64,000 nucleotides of DNA from Camelus ferus (taxonomy: Eukaryota): the NCBI RefSeq assembly GCF_009834535.1, contig NC_045696.1, forward strand, positions 74,650,001-74,714,000, written 5' to 3'. Below the pieces are notes generated by a model, which was not told where the DNA came from, did no database searches, and saw only the letters and a program-made list of their open reading frames with translations. The translations under genes were made by a program, and so were the position numbers. Of this stretch, positions 51,561 through 64,000 are shown in pieces; the first letter of the stretch is position 1; every line of letters starts with the position of its first letter.

Positions 51561-53149
51561 CCTCAGTGTATTCTTGGAGACTACATTGAGTTATCAGAGG
51601 AAATGGTTATCAGTTGAAAATATTAAAGGGTTGGACAATGAGAAAAAACACTAATTTGCTCCTGAAAGGAAGTGTGGTTTCCTCCGAAGGAAGGCGGGAA
51701 AAAGAAGGAAAGAGTATGGGGAGAAGTTCAGAAGTTTTAGAATTTGGGACTCCCCAAGACCCCTGCACACTCCTAGGTTTTTCTGTTTCAGTTATGGGAA
51801 TCTTACTCTTGCCTCACTTGTGCCATTACCTGAACATTAAAGTGAGGAGGGCAGCATTTTCAGCAGTAGGATTTGATTTTCCAGGATCTCATTCTACAGC
51901 TGCAAGCAGAAAGTATTTTTATCATGGTCATATAAATATTTTGAGATTCATCTTATTCCTTAAAGACTGTAAAGTTCTGAGTGTGTCCATTTCTTGCATC
52001 AAATTATTTGATGTCTTTTAAAACAGAGCCCTGATATTTCCCACTGCCCAAGGTGTAGGACGGCCACCTTTCCCAGAACTTTATGGCTCTGAGCACACAG
52101 TCCCAGACAACACGGGTGCTCACCTGATTGATCTGTTTCACCACTGAGTACTGTGGTCTCCTATTTCCTATCTTGAAATTTGAATGGAAATCTAACTGCC
52201 TTCTATTGAATTTTGAACTGAAAGGCAATTCCAAATACCCACTTTGTATCCCTCAGCATCTGTTCCTTGCAACACATTCTCTGAGACTGAAAAATTTGGA
52301 GTTCTTCTGTTGTAAGCAATAAAAAAGTAGCTCTGACCAACATTAAGAAGGGGTGTATGGAAAGGTAATGGTTGACTCCTGGGACTGAAGGATAGACTGA
52401 ACTATCAGAAACCAAAGCTCACGGTAGTAACCACTCACACACTTTCTTTCCAAATGCTGCCACCAGTTGATGAAACAGTAATTTCACTCCATCCATACAT
52501 CTCTCTACTCAAGATCCAGATTTCTGGGAGAAAGTCTGCTTGATTGCGTCTCTGAATATATCCATGCCTGTGATTGGAAAGGGGCCATTCTGTAAATAAG
52601 GGATGCTCATCAGACCAAAATTCAATAAGTAAATACTGTATTAATCCTGCAGAATTGTTACAAGGATGTGAAATGTTTTTTAAAGCATTTAACAGAGTTC
52701 CTGGAACATGCTAACTATTCTTAATATTTCTATCATCATCCGCAAAACTGACCCCTTCCTTTCTCTCCAGGGGGGATGACTTCAGTTTACTATGGGGAAT
52801 TGCTTTCCTCCACACATATAGCTAAGCAAATTGATCACTTCATGAACATTCATGCTTTTATAGTTTTGCTTATGATGAACCCCAGCTGGAACATTCTCCC
52901 TCATTCATTCGAAATTTCTAAATCCTATTTACCCCACATGTTTCAGAAAGTCCGTCACATACACTTACTGCCTATATCACTCATTAGACAGTAAGTGCAT
53001 TTAAAAATATCTCTTATTTATCTATTCTGTCTCCCTAACTAGATTTCAAGTCACTTGAGGGAAGAGACCATCATAATACATCTTTGTATTCCCAGACCTA
53101 AGCTGTACTTTTATGTATATAAGTTGCTCCAAAAAAAGTTTTTGATTTT

Positions 53150-53619
53150 CCCCAAAAGAGATTCAAATCCTAATTTCTGGAACCTGTAAATATTATCTTT
53201 CATGGCAAAAAAAAGTTCTGTGCATGGCATGTGAGATTAAATTAAGGATCTTGAGATGGGTAGATTATCCTAGATTATTTGGGTCCATCCTAAATATAAT
53301 CACTAATGTCTTTATAAAAGAGAGGCAGATGAGATTTGACACACACAGAAGAGGAAATGGCGAAGTGATCACATAGACAGAGATTGAAGCGATGTGGCCA
53401 CAAGTCAGGGAATGCTGGCAGCCACCAGAATTTGGAAAAAACAAGAATGGATTCACTTCCGAAGCCTCCAGAGGGAAAACGGCCCTGCCAACACCTTGAT
53501 TCAGCTCAGTGATACTGATTTCAGACTTTGAATCAGAAACTGTGAAAGAATAATTGTCTGCCATTTTAAGCCACCAAGTTTGTGGTAATTTGTTACAGCA
53601 ACCATAGGAAACTAATACA
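53150..53619 (+). mobile_element. MLT1 (C/D-type) MaLR solo LTR
   Basis: taaattaaggatcttgagatgg...gccacaagtcagggaatgctggcagccaccag...ttgttacagcaaccataggaaactaataca. Confidence 0.88.
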
Positions 53620-55059
53620 ACTTGAATTGCCTTTCTGCTTCTCTTCTAATGAGGAACTATACTTTCTTCTACGAACCACCTGTTGTCTTCTCAACTCCTA
53701 ATATCTCGTGCCTGACACTCCAGACGCCCAAAGTATATATGGTAAATGTATAAGTCCACACATTTTCCCCTTGTCCACCTAAGATGCAATGTTCCACAAA
53801 CAACATAGACAGAATTAGCCATCAACTGCATGACACAGATTTAAAACTAGCATACTGGGGGAATGCATAAAATAAATGTAAAGGATGGACTGGTTTTGCA
53901 AGAATCAAGGGTCCAGAAAGTTTATCATTGAAAAGAATGTGACACTGCAGGCAATTTGGATTGGGGAAAGGACTTTGGGCTTCCTCCTCACAGGCAATGG
54001 AAATTCACCAAAGGCTGCTGAGCAGGAAAGTGATGCACATGAAAGTGACCTTTGAGGAAGATGAGGCTGGCTGCCCAGAGCAGCATCGCCTGAAGTGGGA
54101 TGGCTGCTGGCAGAAGGAGCCTGCTGGGGACATTGCAAAAGGGCGTGCAGCAAGCAATGACCAAATCAGGGAGAAGCAGTGAAAATCATGTTTTGTGAGG
54201 GAACTTGTAAAGTAAAAACTGACAAACATTTATTTGGGACATAAAAGGCCAATGTTCTACTCTTAGCCATAGCTATCCAGCTGTACTTCCAAGTTACATC
54301 ACTGCTCCACGCTTGAGTCTCTTCATTTATAAAATATTAGGAAAATAAAAAATACTTTCTGTGGATGAGGAAAAAAATCATGTAAGAATTGCATTTTCCC
54401 TCGCTTTCTTCTCATTCTCATTGTCTGCTCTATTTAAAACAAAACAAAACAAAACAAAAAACTTCAGCTATCTCCTAAACCCTCCTGAAATGATGACAAA
54501 AGCTCCAAAGTATATGAGGAAGTCAAGACATGCTAATGCAACTTCCAGCAGATACAGATGGTGGTGTTGCTCATCTAAATTGTATTGTATTATTTCCAGT
54601 GTCACTTTGACAGCCCCATTAAATATAAGCAGTTTGCAAGAACAGTTGAAGTACATGAATATTTCTCAAGAAAAGTTTGTCCTGTAAAACTAATGAGAGA
54701 AGAAAAAGGTAAAAGACAGCAGAAGGAAGAGGATGAAGAAAAGGGAAAGAAGAGAGGGCAAGAAATAGGTGAAGAGTGATAACTTATTGAGCTTCTATTA
54801 GACCGGGGGTTACATGTGTATTATCTCATTTAATCCTAACAACAACCCTAAAGTTGGGCCTATGATTATCCTCATTTTACAGATGAGGATATCAAGACTA
54901 CACAAAGTCAAATAACTTGCCCAAGGTAACACAGCTAAGAAATAAAAGAACTGGAATCCAAAGCCCTAATGCCTGTGTTCAAGAAGCTTATAGTTTCATA
55001 GAAGGGCAAAGTTAAATATGTGACACAGATAAAAAAACAAGACAAGACAGTATGGAATC

Positions 55060-55323
55060 AAGGTTCATGTGATGTATTACATAATCTATTCAAACACCGT
55101 CATTTCTGTCCTGCCTTCCCCATGCTCACCTGTGGGCAGAGTATTATCATCAAAGGTTTCTCCTTCAGCCTGGAGTCTTAGAAAAAGAAGATATGTGGTA
55201 CCAGAAGAGCCCAGCTGGTCCAAAGCTAGCCATCAGCCCTTAAGACCAAGAAATAGTTGTTATTATTAAAAGCCCCAGAGGTGTTGGGGTTACTTGTTAC
55301 CACAGCAGAAGCTGACTGATATA
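55060..55323 (+). mobile_element. Old MLT1-type LTR fragment
   Basis: The 3' end reads aagccccagaggtgttggggttacttgttaccacagca...ctgactgata. Confidence 0.6.
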
Positions 55324-55789
55324 GAGCCAAATGTGTATTACTGCTACTGGCAGTCAGGTTTCCTGCTAAACTTTATTCTTTTTTCTGTTATTGCCCAGAC
55401 AAAAAGATAGTTCCTTCCTTCTTATTTTTGAAGAACATACACAAAAAAGTTTCTGTGAACTGAACATTAGTTCACTCAATTAGAAATGATTCTTAAATTT
55501 TTCCACCATAGTAGTCCTAAAAGTAGAACAGTATGAAAATATTGTGATGAAACAAAGTTACAAGGAGTAAAGCATGTAAATCATCCAGGTTTTTCACTCA
55601 GAACTACCATTGTTAATAGGTGAACGTCACTCTAAGTATCTATGTATGCCTATAGATTAAAATGATTATGGATAAATGGCCAGTCAGAAATAATTTTACA
55701 AGAATGAGAACACATGATACGGGAAGGAAGTTCGATTTTTCTACTTTACAAGTGATCTGATTTTTTTGCCTAGAAATTTTCCCTACCCC

Positions 55790-55935
55790 CATTTTAATTT
55801 TTTTAATTTTATTTTTTTATACAATAGTGCTATCAACTATAGTCACCCTGTTATACATTAGACCCTCAGACCTTATTCATCTTACACTCGAAAGTTTGTA
55901 CCCTTTTACCAACCTCTCCCTATTTCCCCTATTTT
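55790..55935 (-). mobile_element. L1MA-type 3' fragment
   Basis: aactatagtcaccctgttatacattaga...gaaagtttgtacccttttaccaac, with a T-rich left end. Confidence 0.75.
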
Positions 55936-57689
55936 TAAGCCCTAAAATGCTATCATTTACCAGGATATGTCTTAGTGTCATTTGTCTCATTATTTGTTAG
56001 CACATAGTACTGCGTGCCCTGTCTTCAGCATGGGTTCTTTATTTCTTGTCAGTTTCTCTTCTTAAATCTCTACCTCGGGGATTTCCATGCTTGCTCCTAC
56101 TTCACATTCAACAAGGTGACTATAGTTGATAACTATATATGTGTACATATATATTCTACACATCCACCTATCAAACTCAATGCATATAATTTCTGATTTA
56201 ACATCTATCATCTGTACTAAAGAGTAAACTCCTTGTAGGAAACATGTCTACCGTGATGACCACCTTATCCCAGTACGTATCTTAGTGACCAATATAAAAT
56301 TAGTTTAAATATTTGAATTGGGAAAAAAAAGTTTGCATAAAAATCAGTATATATGTTTTTAAATTAACATTTCTCTTCTAGAAACACTTTCAAACTTAAA
56401 AAAAAAAAATCTCTCCATTATATATATATGAGCCCAGCTATGCTAAAAAAAAAATTTTAAAAAAGGAAATTTCTCAGGTACGGGTAGTGGAATTATCAGT
56501 ATTTCTTGTACCATTTTCCATATTTTCTATGGTAAGTTTTCCTATATAATAGTAGAAAGGAGAAAATAAAGTATACTGGTGTCGAGAAATAAATGTCAAG
56601 TCTAAAAAAACTGAACATAAATGTACATAGATGTAACACATTTACAATTACCAATGACAAGACCTATCCACTTCCATTCTCCTTACCTCTCTTACAAAAC
56701 TGAATGATTTGGGTAAGCAGGGGCTCAGGGACAGCATGCCTTTCCCTCAAATCCTTTGGCAGAATTATGAGGTGGTAATTAGAATGCACAGGGATCCTCA
56801 GAACAAAATCTGTAAGTAACTAGGTGAGGCAGCCCTCTTCTGGGGAAGTAAGAAAATGCAGCCACCTCAAAGGACACTGGCTGGATTCAAAGGGCACTTG
56901 GGACTCTTAGGACACAAGGACATTCAAAAGGTATTCACTGAAAATAATGATTTTTTTTTGAAGCTAACATGTCATTTTGGAAGTTGGAGTGTAAATGCTT
57001 ATTTTTGTAAATACTGAGTATGTTTAAAATCTCTGAGCCTCAATTTCTCAGGTATCTATAAAATGCAGAAAGTAATAGTACCTCAAAGGTCATTTTGAAA
57101 ATAAGGTGAAAAATGCAGTTATTCAGCACAGCGCTCAGCAGACAGTAAATGCTTAATAAATAATAGCCAATATTTTAGCCGTTACATTTCCTAGCCTTGG
57201 CAGTAGTCATTTTACCTTGTGGAACTTCTCTAGTGTTCACAAAAAAGGCTTCTAAGTAATCTTAGACAGTGCATCAAAGAAAAATGCATGTGTGTGTGTG
57301 TGTGCGTGTGCGTGTGCATTTAAGCAGAACGATATATGGCTAAAAAACTTGAAAATATTAAACTTTGAGATCTGTTCACTAAAAAATTGTTTATCAAGGT
57401 GTTTATGTCTTGTATAGTTGGTTCAATATTTCTGTAATTTAAAATTGAGTTGCCCCTGAATAATCCAGATGTTTACAATACTCACATGTATATAAACTGT
57501 TCTATTTCCTGATGCTTAACATAATTAGACTTCTCTAACTTCCATTTATCAGGCAAATAAAACATTCATCTTTTAAAGTCACACTTTTAGGAATTCACAA
57601 ATTCCTATTTCTCCAAGTGTTTTAAAATTACATTTTAAACCTTCTTAAAAGAGGAAGCCAAACCCTCCAAATCAAAAGCCTTAATCTGC

Positions 57690-57784
57690 CTTTCACAATG
57701 TATACATATATCAAGTCACCATGATGTACACTTTAAATATCTTATACTTTTGTCAATTATAGCTCAATAAAGCTGGGAAAAAAA
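57690..57784 (+). mobile_element. Short L1 3' tail, antisense to and just downstream of the NDUFB5 poly(A) signal
   Basis: tttcacaatgtatacatatatcaa...tgtcaattatagctcaataaagctggg followed by A7. Confidence 0.7.
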
Positions 57785-57892
57785 CCTGAAATCACACACA
57801 AAGAAGTGTTAACCTGAACCAATGTTGAGAAATAGAGCAATGAAGAGGATCTTTCATTTACCACACGGAAAAAAACAGAATATATTCAGTAA

Positions 57893-57898
57893 TTTATT
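57893..57898 (-). terminator. NDUFB5: NDUFB5 proximal polyadenylation signal AATAAA
   Basis: tttatt on the plus strand, about 43 nt past the stop codon. A U/GU-rich element follows on the minus strand (TATTCTGTTTTTTTCCGTGTGG). Confidence 0.7.
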
Positions 57899-57941
57899 TC
57901 TCCCTAAATAGAATATACTTTGTATTTAAAGAAATAAAAGA

Positions 57942-58062
57942 TTAGTTGTCAGGAGTTGCTTTTGGAGAATGATCAATAAGTGCCTTATCAACAGTTGGAT
58001 ATTGATACCAGGGCCCATCACCTCTTGCACGCATTAATCTTCGTACTTCCAACTCCTTTAAC
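57942..58062 (-). CDS. NDUFB5: NDUFB5 last coding exon (exon 6)
   Basis: tctgtctgttacag|G TTA AAG... encodes (R)[39 protein letters not shown], followed by a TAA stop at 57944-57942. Confidence 0.96.
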
Positions 58063-60061
58063 CTGTAACAGACAGAATAGTGATACTGTGATTATAGCAT
58101 TTCCAATTACAAATTTAATGAAGTATCTCCATAAAGAACAACCACTAGAGAGTCTTTTGCTTTTATGTAAAGTATAATGTCCCTCCACAGATCCATGTGT
58201 ATACATATATCTGACAAATCCCTATAAGCAAAATTTGGGATTTATTTGGCTTTTATTATCTTGCTTGTATAGTTAACCAACACATATTGTTTCTAGTCAC
58301 CCAAGTAGCAGTTGAGTTGATAATCAATTCCTCCTCCTGTCCCTTTTCTTTGACGACAGGTCACTTTCACTTGAATTGTGGTAATGCATTTCCTGTTTTC
58401 CTGTCTTTTAGATGTTATGAGAGTCATTTACAGAACGCCTGCTATTATGCCCCTATGCTGTGCCAAGTGCTAGGACTTAAAAAATGAGCAAGCCTTCCTG
58501 GAGAAGCTCACACTCCCTGTCTATACTGGCAGCCTATCATCAACAGGACAGAAAACCTCTTGAGAAAAGGAATGGTATCTTATTCACCAGCCACCAGCAT
58601 CACACTGAGCCTGTTCAACAGCAGAGAGACAACTTGTAAAGAAAAGAAAAAAGAAAAACCAGGATTGAGAAAAACATTCTCCACCTCTAAGATCTACTTA
58701 CTTGTCCTCAATCTTCTTCACGAACTGAATAATCTCTTTCTAGAAAGATACTTTCCTTCCCCTAAAGCCAAGTCTTTGCAAGCTACCACACGTTTCTGAA
58801 GTAGTCCTTCCTCTCCATCAAGCCTTTCCCTTTCCATTCTTATAGACTACACAGCAACTTTTTCATATGACTGGAAACCTATCACAGTTAAATAATTCAT
58901 TAACCTTAACCAGCTCACTAACCCTATCTATGAGAGATTATATACCTTTGTAATAGGGAATATAAGAGAATATATTTAGCTTTTTTTAGGATTAAATATC
59001 ATCTTTTTTCTTTTCTATTCTTTAGAATGTAATATTCAAAATGCAAGTAATTAAAATATTCATCAAAGGGAACTGGTTAAATAAATTATGGTTCACCTAT
59101 ATAACGGATAACCTATGTACCTGATAAAAAGAATGAAGAAAAATTACATATGGCAATATGGAAGGAGATGACAGATATACTGTTAGGTTAAAAAGCAAGG
59201 TATAAAATGAGTATGTGTAGCATCTTCCTGTTTCAGTAAAAAACAGAAAGTAATTATTTGTGAAACTATACACACACACATTCACACGTGCACATGCACA
59301 GAGTATTAGAAATTCTGGAGGACAAAAATAATAGTTATCTCTGGGGGAATCAATTAGGAGAGATAGTCCCTTTCTATTTTATACCTTTCTTTTAAGCTTC
59401 AGTTTTCCAAATACTTAAACATGTATTTTTTTTTAAACTGTAGGTACTCCCCATTCCATGCCCACACTGGCATCTCTCCTTTGGGGTAAAAGTCACAGTC
59501 CTGTTTTTGTTTTACTTTGTTTTGTTTTGAAGTTGTTTAGGATCTCTATATGTCTAAGGAGTTCTGGGATCTGGTGTTTTATTTGGAACTCAAAAGTATA
59601 TGTCTGAAGTTAAAAACTGTCCAAAGTTATTAGTATAAGGCATAATGTTGTTCCATGCTCTTAAATACTTACTGACAGTTCTATATGGTAACCGCACATA
59701 CATGCAATTACACACTAGAAAATAAGCCAACCATGTGTTCATTAATCATTTAAATATTTTTCAATATCATAGCAATTTTTGTAAACTACAAAGTTAAAAT
59801 GAACAGAAAGCAGATCAATGGTAGCCTGGAGCCAAGAGCAGGGTATGGGACTGATTGAAAGGGACAGGAAGGAGATGAGGTAACTGAAATGACTTCAACC
59901 ATGGTGGTTACACAGCTATATTTTTTTTTCAAAACCCACTGAACTTAACAGGTGCATCTGATTGAACATAAACCTCACTCCAAACATCAAAATAAATCTC
60001 AGATGAGATTATATTTTAAAGTAGCAAAAGGAAACATGAGTGGACAGTAAAAAAATAATTT

Positions 60062-60097
60062 TGGCAGGTGAGAATTCTACCACTGAACCACCCAAGC
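60062..60097 (-). pseudogene. 5' half of tRNA-Gly(GCC), tailless retropseudogene
   Basis: The minus strand reads GCTTGGGTGGTTCAGTGGTAGAATTCTCACCTGCCA, a 34/36 match to the recalled tRNA-Gly-GCC 5' sequence GCATGGGTGGTTCAGTGGTAGAATTCTCGCCTGCCA. It stops at the anticodon loop. Flanking 17-bp direct repeats lie at 60048-60064 and 60101-60117. Confidence 0.88.
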
Positions 60098-60926
60098 ACC
60101 TAAAAAAATAACTTTGGACTTGTAGTATTTACTCATTTTGTAACCATCAGAGACCTATGCATGACACAAAATTCCAGAAGCTAAGGAGAAAGAATGACAA
60201 ACCTGACAATAAGTAAATACATGTAAAGTAATGAAGCACTGATACACAGTAGGTGTTCAAAAACGTATTAGCTACTACTACAGTTTTGTTATCTGGAACA
60301 TAAAAACACTATGTTGCAAAAAATTCTACACTGTCAATAACAAATGACAAGCCAGGAAACCATATCTGCAACAAAAATAAAAGAAGCTATTTTAATTAAT
60401 GTACAAATTAGTAGAAAAATGGGCAATTTATGGAAAAGGAATACAAAGAGCCAATAGATATGAAAAAATACTCAAACTTTATCAAAAAATTCAAAACTAA
60501 AAAAAAAAAATTGAAATGATGAGATAACATTTTTCAACTACCTTTTCAGCACAAATGTTTAGGTTTAATAAATTCTATTATTAGGAAGGTATGGAGAAAC
60601 AGAATTATCATGTACTGATGACAGAAAAGACAACTGGAACAATTCTTTAAGAGTTTGTCAAATAGCTACTTAAAATTTCAAACATAACATTTGGTTTATC
60701 AGAGCCATTGCTAGGAATTTATATTCCAGCTACATTGAATAAATATGCAAAAATATATGTATGAAGATATTTACCAAAGCACTATGTATAATATCAAAAA
60801 ACTTGGAAAGAGCCTAAGTACCAACAACAGGCCCCCTACTGGCTAAAAAAATTAAAGCACATCCATCCAGTGCTGCCATGAAAAAACAATGGAGTATATG
60901 CTATTACAGAAAGATCACCAAGATAC

Positions 60927-61080
60927 AGCTGGCCCTCCCCATCCTCAGGATACAGAACATGCACATATGGAGGGCTGACTGTGCTATGCCATTTTACATA
61001 AGGGACTTGAGCATCCTTGGATTTTGGTATCTGCTGGAGGTCCTGGAACCAATCCTCTTCAGATACTGAGGGATAACTAC
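60927..61080. mobile_element. TcMar-Tigger (MER2-like) MITE
   Basis: TA|cagctggccctcc...atactgagggataact termini, with internal taagggacttgagcatc. Confidence 0.75.
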
Positions 61081-61177
61081 ATATTTAGACGAAATAAAGA
61101 CAAGGTGCAGAACAGTGTTGATAACAGGATTCCACTTGTATCAATATATTTTGTAAATGATACATAAAAAATATATA

Positions 61178-61300
61178 TATTTATTTTTTGGTGGGGGGAT
61201 TAGTTTACTTGTTTATTTCGAGGAGGTATTGGGGATCGAACCCAGGATCTTGTGTATTGCTAAGCATACACTCTACCACTTGAGCAATACCCTTTCCTGC
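61178..61300 (-). mobile_element. Vic-1-type SINE in NDUFB5 intron 5
   Basis: The reverse complement reads GGGTATTGCTCAAGTGGTAGAGTGTATGCTTAGC...GGTTCGATCCCCAATACCTCC. Flanked by imperfect CATAAAA..ATATAT repeats. Confidence 0.82.
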
Positions 61301-61678
61301 CATAAAATATATTTTTAATGCACAAAATTTTTTTAGGAACATATATAGGAAATCATTAAATAGTGGTATCTCTAAGGATGAAACTGGGTATAGGAGGAAA
61401 GGAAGCTGTAGGGGGAGGGGGAAGGAGAGGGCTGCCTTGCACTTTAGAGTCAGGATATTTTTTAAAAGAATTCCTTTTAATTTGACAGATATTATCTCCT
61501 AATAGTCTTCTAGTCTCCACTTCAAACAGGCTAATTCTCTCCCCATCTTCAGCCTTTTACACAGAGCATCCTACAGTGTTGAAACAGCTCTATTAAACTT
61601 CTTGTGGTTTGCAACTGTAGGAAAGGATTTCCTTTCCCGCAACCCCCCACCTTTCTTGTTTTTGTTTTTGTTTTTTAC

Positions 61679-61785
61679 CGTAATTCAGCCTTTTCAGCTT
61701 CAATCTGAAGGATAGCCATTGTTTTTTCATAATTCTTTTCAGGACTATCAAAGAAAGTTCGAGCAATCCATCTTGATATAGGATG
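61679..61785 (-). CDS. NDUFB5: NDUFB5 coding exon 5
   Basis: ttcttcttgtag|CAT...TTA CG|gtaaaa. The exon is 107 nt and encodes [35 protein letters not shown](R). Confidence 0.96.
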
Positions 61786-62321
61786 CTACAAGAAGAAAAT
61801 TTGTTTAAAATTAGTTTCTGAAAAGTACTTTGCTTTTCCAGTTTACTGTTCTCCTAAAATGACCATCTCAGGTAAATCAACAGTTACTATGTACCAAGCC
61901 CTTTATATATATTTTAAATAGTTTTAATCCATTAGGTAGGTACTACCTTTGTCCCCATTTATGGGTAAGCAAATTCCACCAGGTTATACAAATACTAAGT
62001 CGCAGCATCTGGACTCAGGCCAGGTCTGTCTAACTCCAAAGCTCTTTCCTATTACACTATGCTCTGAATATCTTAAGCGGAAGGTTTAGGAGCCATCCCA
62101 GGGTTTGCTGATCCAAACTTGGAGCTCTTTCCACCACCAGTCAGCAAAGAGAAACAAACCACTTGTATGGCTTACCTTAAGATTTAATAATGAAGTATTT
62201 GTCTTCTAAGATATAATTCACTCAGGTAATAAAACACGATAAGATATACTGTAATCAAGGTAATCTCACTACAACATTTAGTACAAGTAACAGAATTAAT
62301 TTTGGGTTTTAGCAGCAGTGA

Positions 62322-62545
62322 CAGTGTGGTCAAGTGACTAATTAATAGTGCAGACTCTAGAGTCAAGACTGCCTGGGTTCAAATACTGGCCCTGTCCCTT
62401 AGACAGGTCACTCCACCTCTTTCAGGCCTCCTCTTCCTTATCTCTAAAGTGGGAATAATAATAGTACCTTTTACATGGAATGAGATAATATTTGCAAAAC
62501 ATTTATCATAGTGCCCGCTGCACGGTAAGTGCTCAATAAATGCGG
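62322..62545 (+). mobile_element. MIR SINE (other MIR remnants at ~770-940, 20350-20530, 21660-21870, 33930-34140, 41150-41320, 54775-54965, 57020-57170, 61890-62060)
   Basis: gactgcctgggttcaaatactggc...gtgggaataataatagtacct...gtaagtgctcaataaatg. Confidence 0.8.
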
Positions 62546-62849
62546 GAGCATTAGTCTCAGTACAATCTTTCCTATGGCCACTGAAGGTAGGAGAAATTCG
62601 GACTGTTACTCTGCTAGGTTGACAACACAGTGTAGAGCCAGTCTTTAAAAAAACCATAAAGCTTAAGATAATAAAACAATGCAGAAAATTACCAAAACAA
62701 ATTGCTTGTAAAAAGTGAGCACAAAATGTATCATTTACTTGATATCAAAAACTGAATATAAAACTATATCACAATTGCTAAATTAAGACATTAACCAGTA
62801 CATTGACAAGACATCTAACTGAAAATAACTTTCAGTGATCTATGCCAAC

Positions 62850-62911
62850 CTTGAAATATTCCCAGTGTTCTGGGGTATAGCCTTCTGGAATTTCTGCTAA
62901 CTCAGCTTCAC
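62850..62911 (-). CDS. NDUFB5: NDUFB5 coding exon 4
   Basis: ttttctcttactag|GT GAA...AAG|gttggc. The exon is 62 nt and encodes (G)[20 protein letters not shown]. Confidence 0.95.
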
Positions 62912-63738
62912 CTAGTAAGAGAAAACAGTGATGTTCAACTTTAGTATCAGGAGTTTATAATATTGATTCTTCACTATTTAAGTAAGAAACCATCTTCTGG
63001 TGGTTTGAAAGAAACTTTTATTTTGTACCGATGAAGATATCTAATATTTTAAATTAATTTCAATCTGGTAGAAAATCAGTTCATTCATTAGATATTTTTG
63101 AGATGTCTTCTATGTGTAAGGCATTGTCTATGGGCATTATACAAGAGTTCACATTTTGTTTTTATAAGTGTAACAAGATATAATAAAAGACATATTATTC
63201 CTTCTGGTTTTCCCTAAACCTCCTAGACAGAATATTTTAGGATTCAAGACATTGGAAGCACTTTGAGCAGAATTTCCCAGGAAAATCTAATATTTATTGT
63301 CATTCACAAATCCATTCTTTTTTAGAAGATTATCATTTTACATGTTCCAGGATGGATAAAAAAAATTACTCTATCCCTCAGCCTCTCTTCCACCTCTATC
63401 TCTTTCTATTTTCCTTATTCAGACTTCTCAAAGCTAGTTTTAAGAAATGAGAAGGAGGAGGAAGAAAGGCCTTTTACGTGGCCTATAGAGTCAGTGACCT
63501 CAAAGGTTTTCAGAGGGGGAAAAAAAAAAGTGAAAAAAAAAAAAAGTAAAAAAAAAAAAAAGCAAAGTCCACTGTATATTATTGTAGATTAAGGTTTGGT
63601 TATTTTAAAATAAATTCCCATGCTTATGTTTATTTATTATTTAAAGAACTTTTCCTTACAGTATCCATAACTTATTATTTATATTAATGTCACAGGTTTT
63701 AAAAATGTACCAGTTTAGTCAGCGAGGGAGATACTTAC

Positions 63739-63805
63739 CAATGAATACATTCACCAGAGTTATGCCAATCGCTACTGGAATCCCAGTCAACAAAATGTAG
63801 AATCT
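63739..63805 (-). CDS. NDUFB5: NDUFB5 (complex I subunit B5/SGDH) internal coding exon (exon 3), transmembrane helix
   Basis: ttaacag|AGA...ATT G|gtaagt. The exon is 67 nt and encodes RFYILLTGIPVAIGITLVNVFI(G). Confidence 0.95.
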
Positions 63806-64000
63806 CTGTTAAGATTTAAAAAAAAAGTTTTCACACAACAATTTCCTAATTCTCCTTCCCCATTCTGAAACTGTCCTCATTTCGTGACTTCCTTCTATTT
63901 CTTGTAAAATAAACTTGCCAAATTGGAGGTGCAGTACCAAATTATTTATTTCTGTATTTTTCTTTTGCTTTAGTTTTTAGATGCCTATATTTAGCATCAG

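Noticed and set aside
1..64000. CRISPR arrays, operons or other prokaryotic or novel multi-gene systems
   Set aside because: There are no regularly spaced repeat-spacer arrays or dense ORF clusters. The window is explained by two spliced mammalian genes plus interspersed repeats.

Overview
Mammalian genomic DNA, almost certainly camelid (five Vic-1-type tRNA-derived SINEs). It covers the conserved NDUFB5-USP13 tandem locus, with both genes on the minus strand. NDUFB5 coding exons 3-6 and its poly(A) signal lie at 57.9-63.8 kb. The USP13 CpG-island promoter and coding exons 1-3 lie at 44.5, 19.8 and 7.1 kb, and the gene continues off the left edge. Everything else is intron or intergenic DNA rich in transposable elements: a near full-length but internally rearranged L1, a younger 5'-truncated L1, old L1/L2/MIR fragments, MaLR/ERVL LTRs, a decayed ERVL gag-pol, and hAT and Tigger DNA transposons. 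I found no new protein-coding system and no prokaryotic features. The most unusual items are: (i) a tailless 5'-half tRNA-Gly(GCC) retrocopy with a 17-bp target-site duplication in NDUFB5 intron 5; (ii) a polyadenylated, apparently U5-less ERV env-LTR retrocopy joined directly to a SINE, probably mobilised by L1; (iii) a CAG-AAG-GTAAGA tandem-acceptor/recursive-splice-like motif at USP13 exon 3; and (iv) an L1 whose ORF1/ORF2 junction has been replaced by another L1 3' end. Gene and repeat names come from my recall of known sequences, not from a database search. Old-repeat boundaries are approximate.
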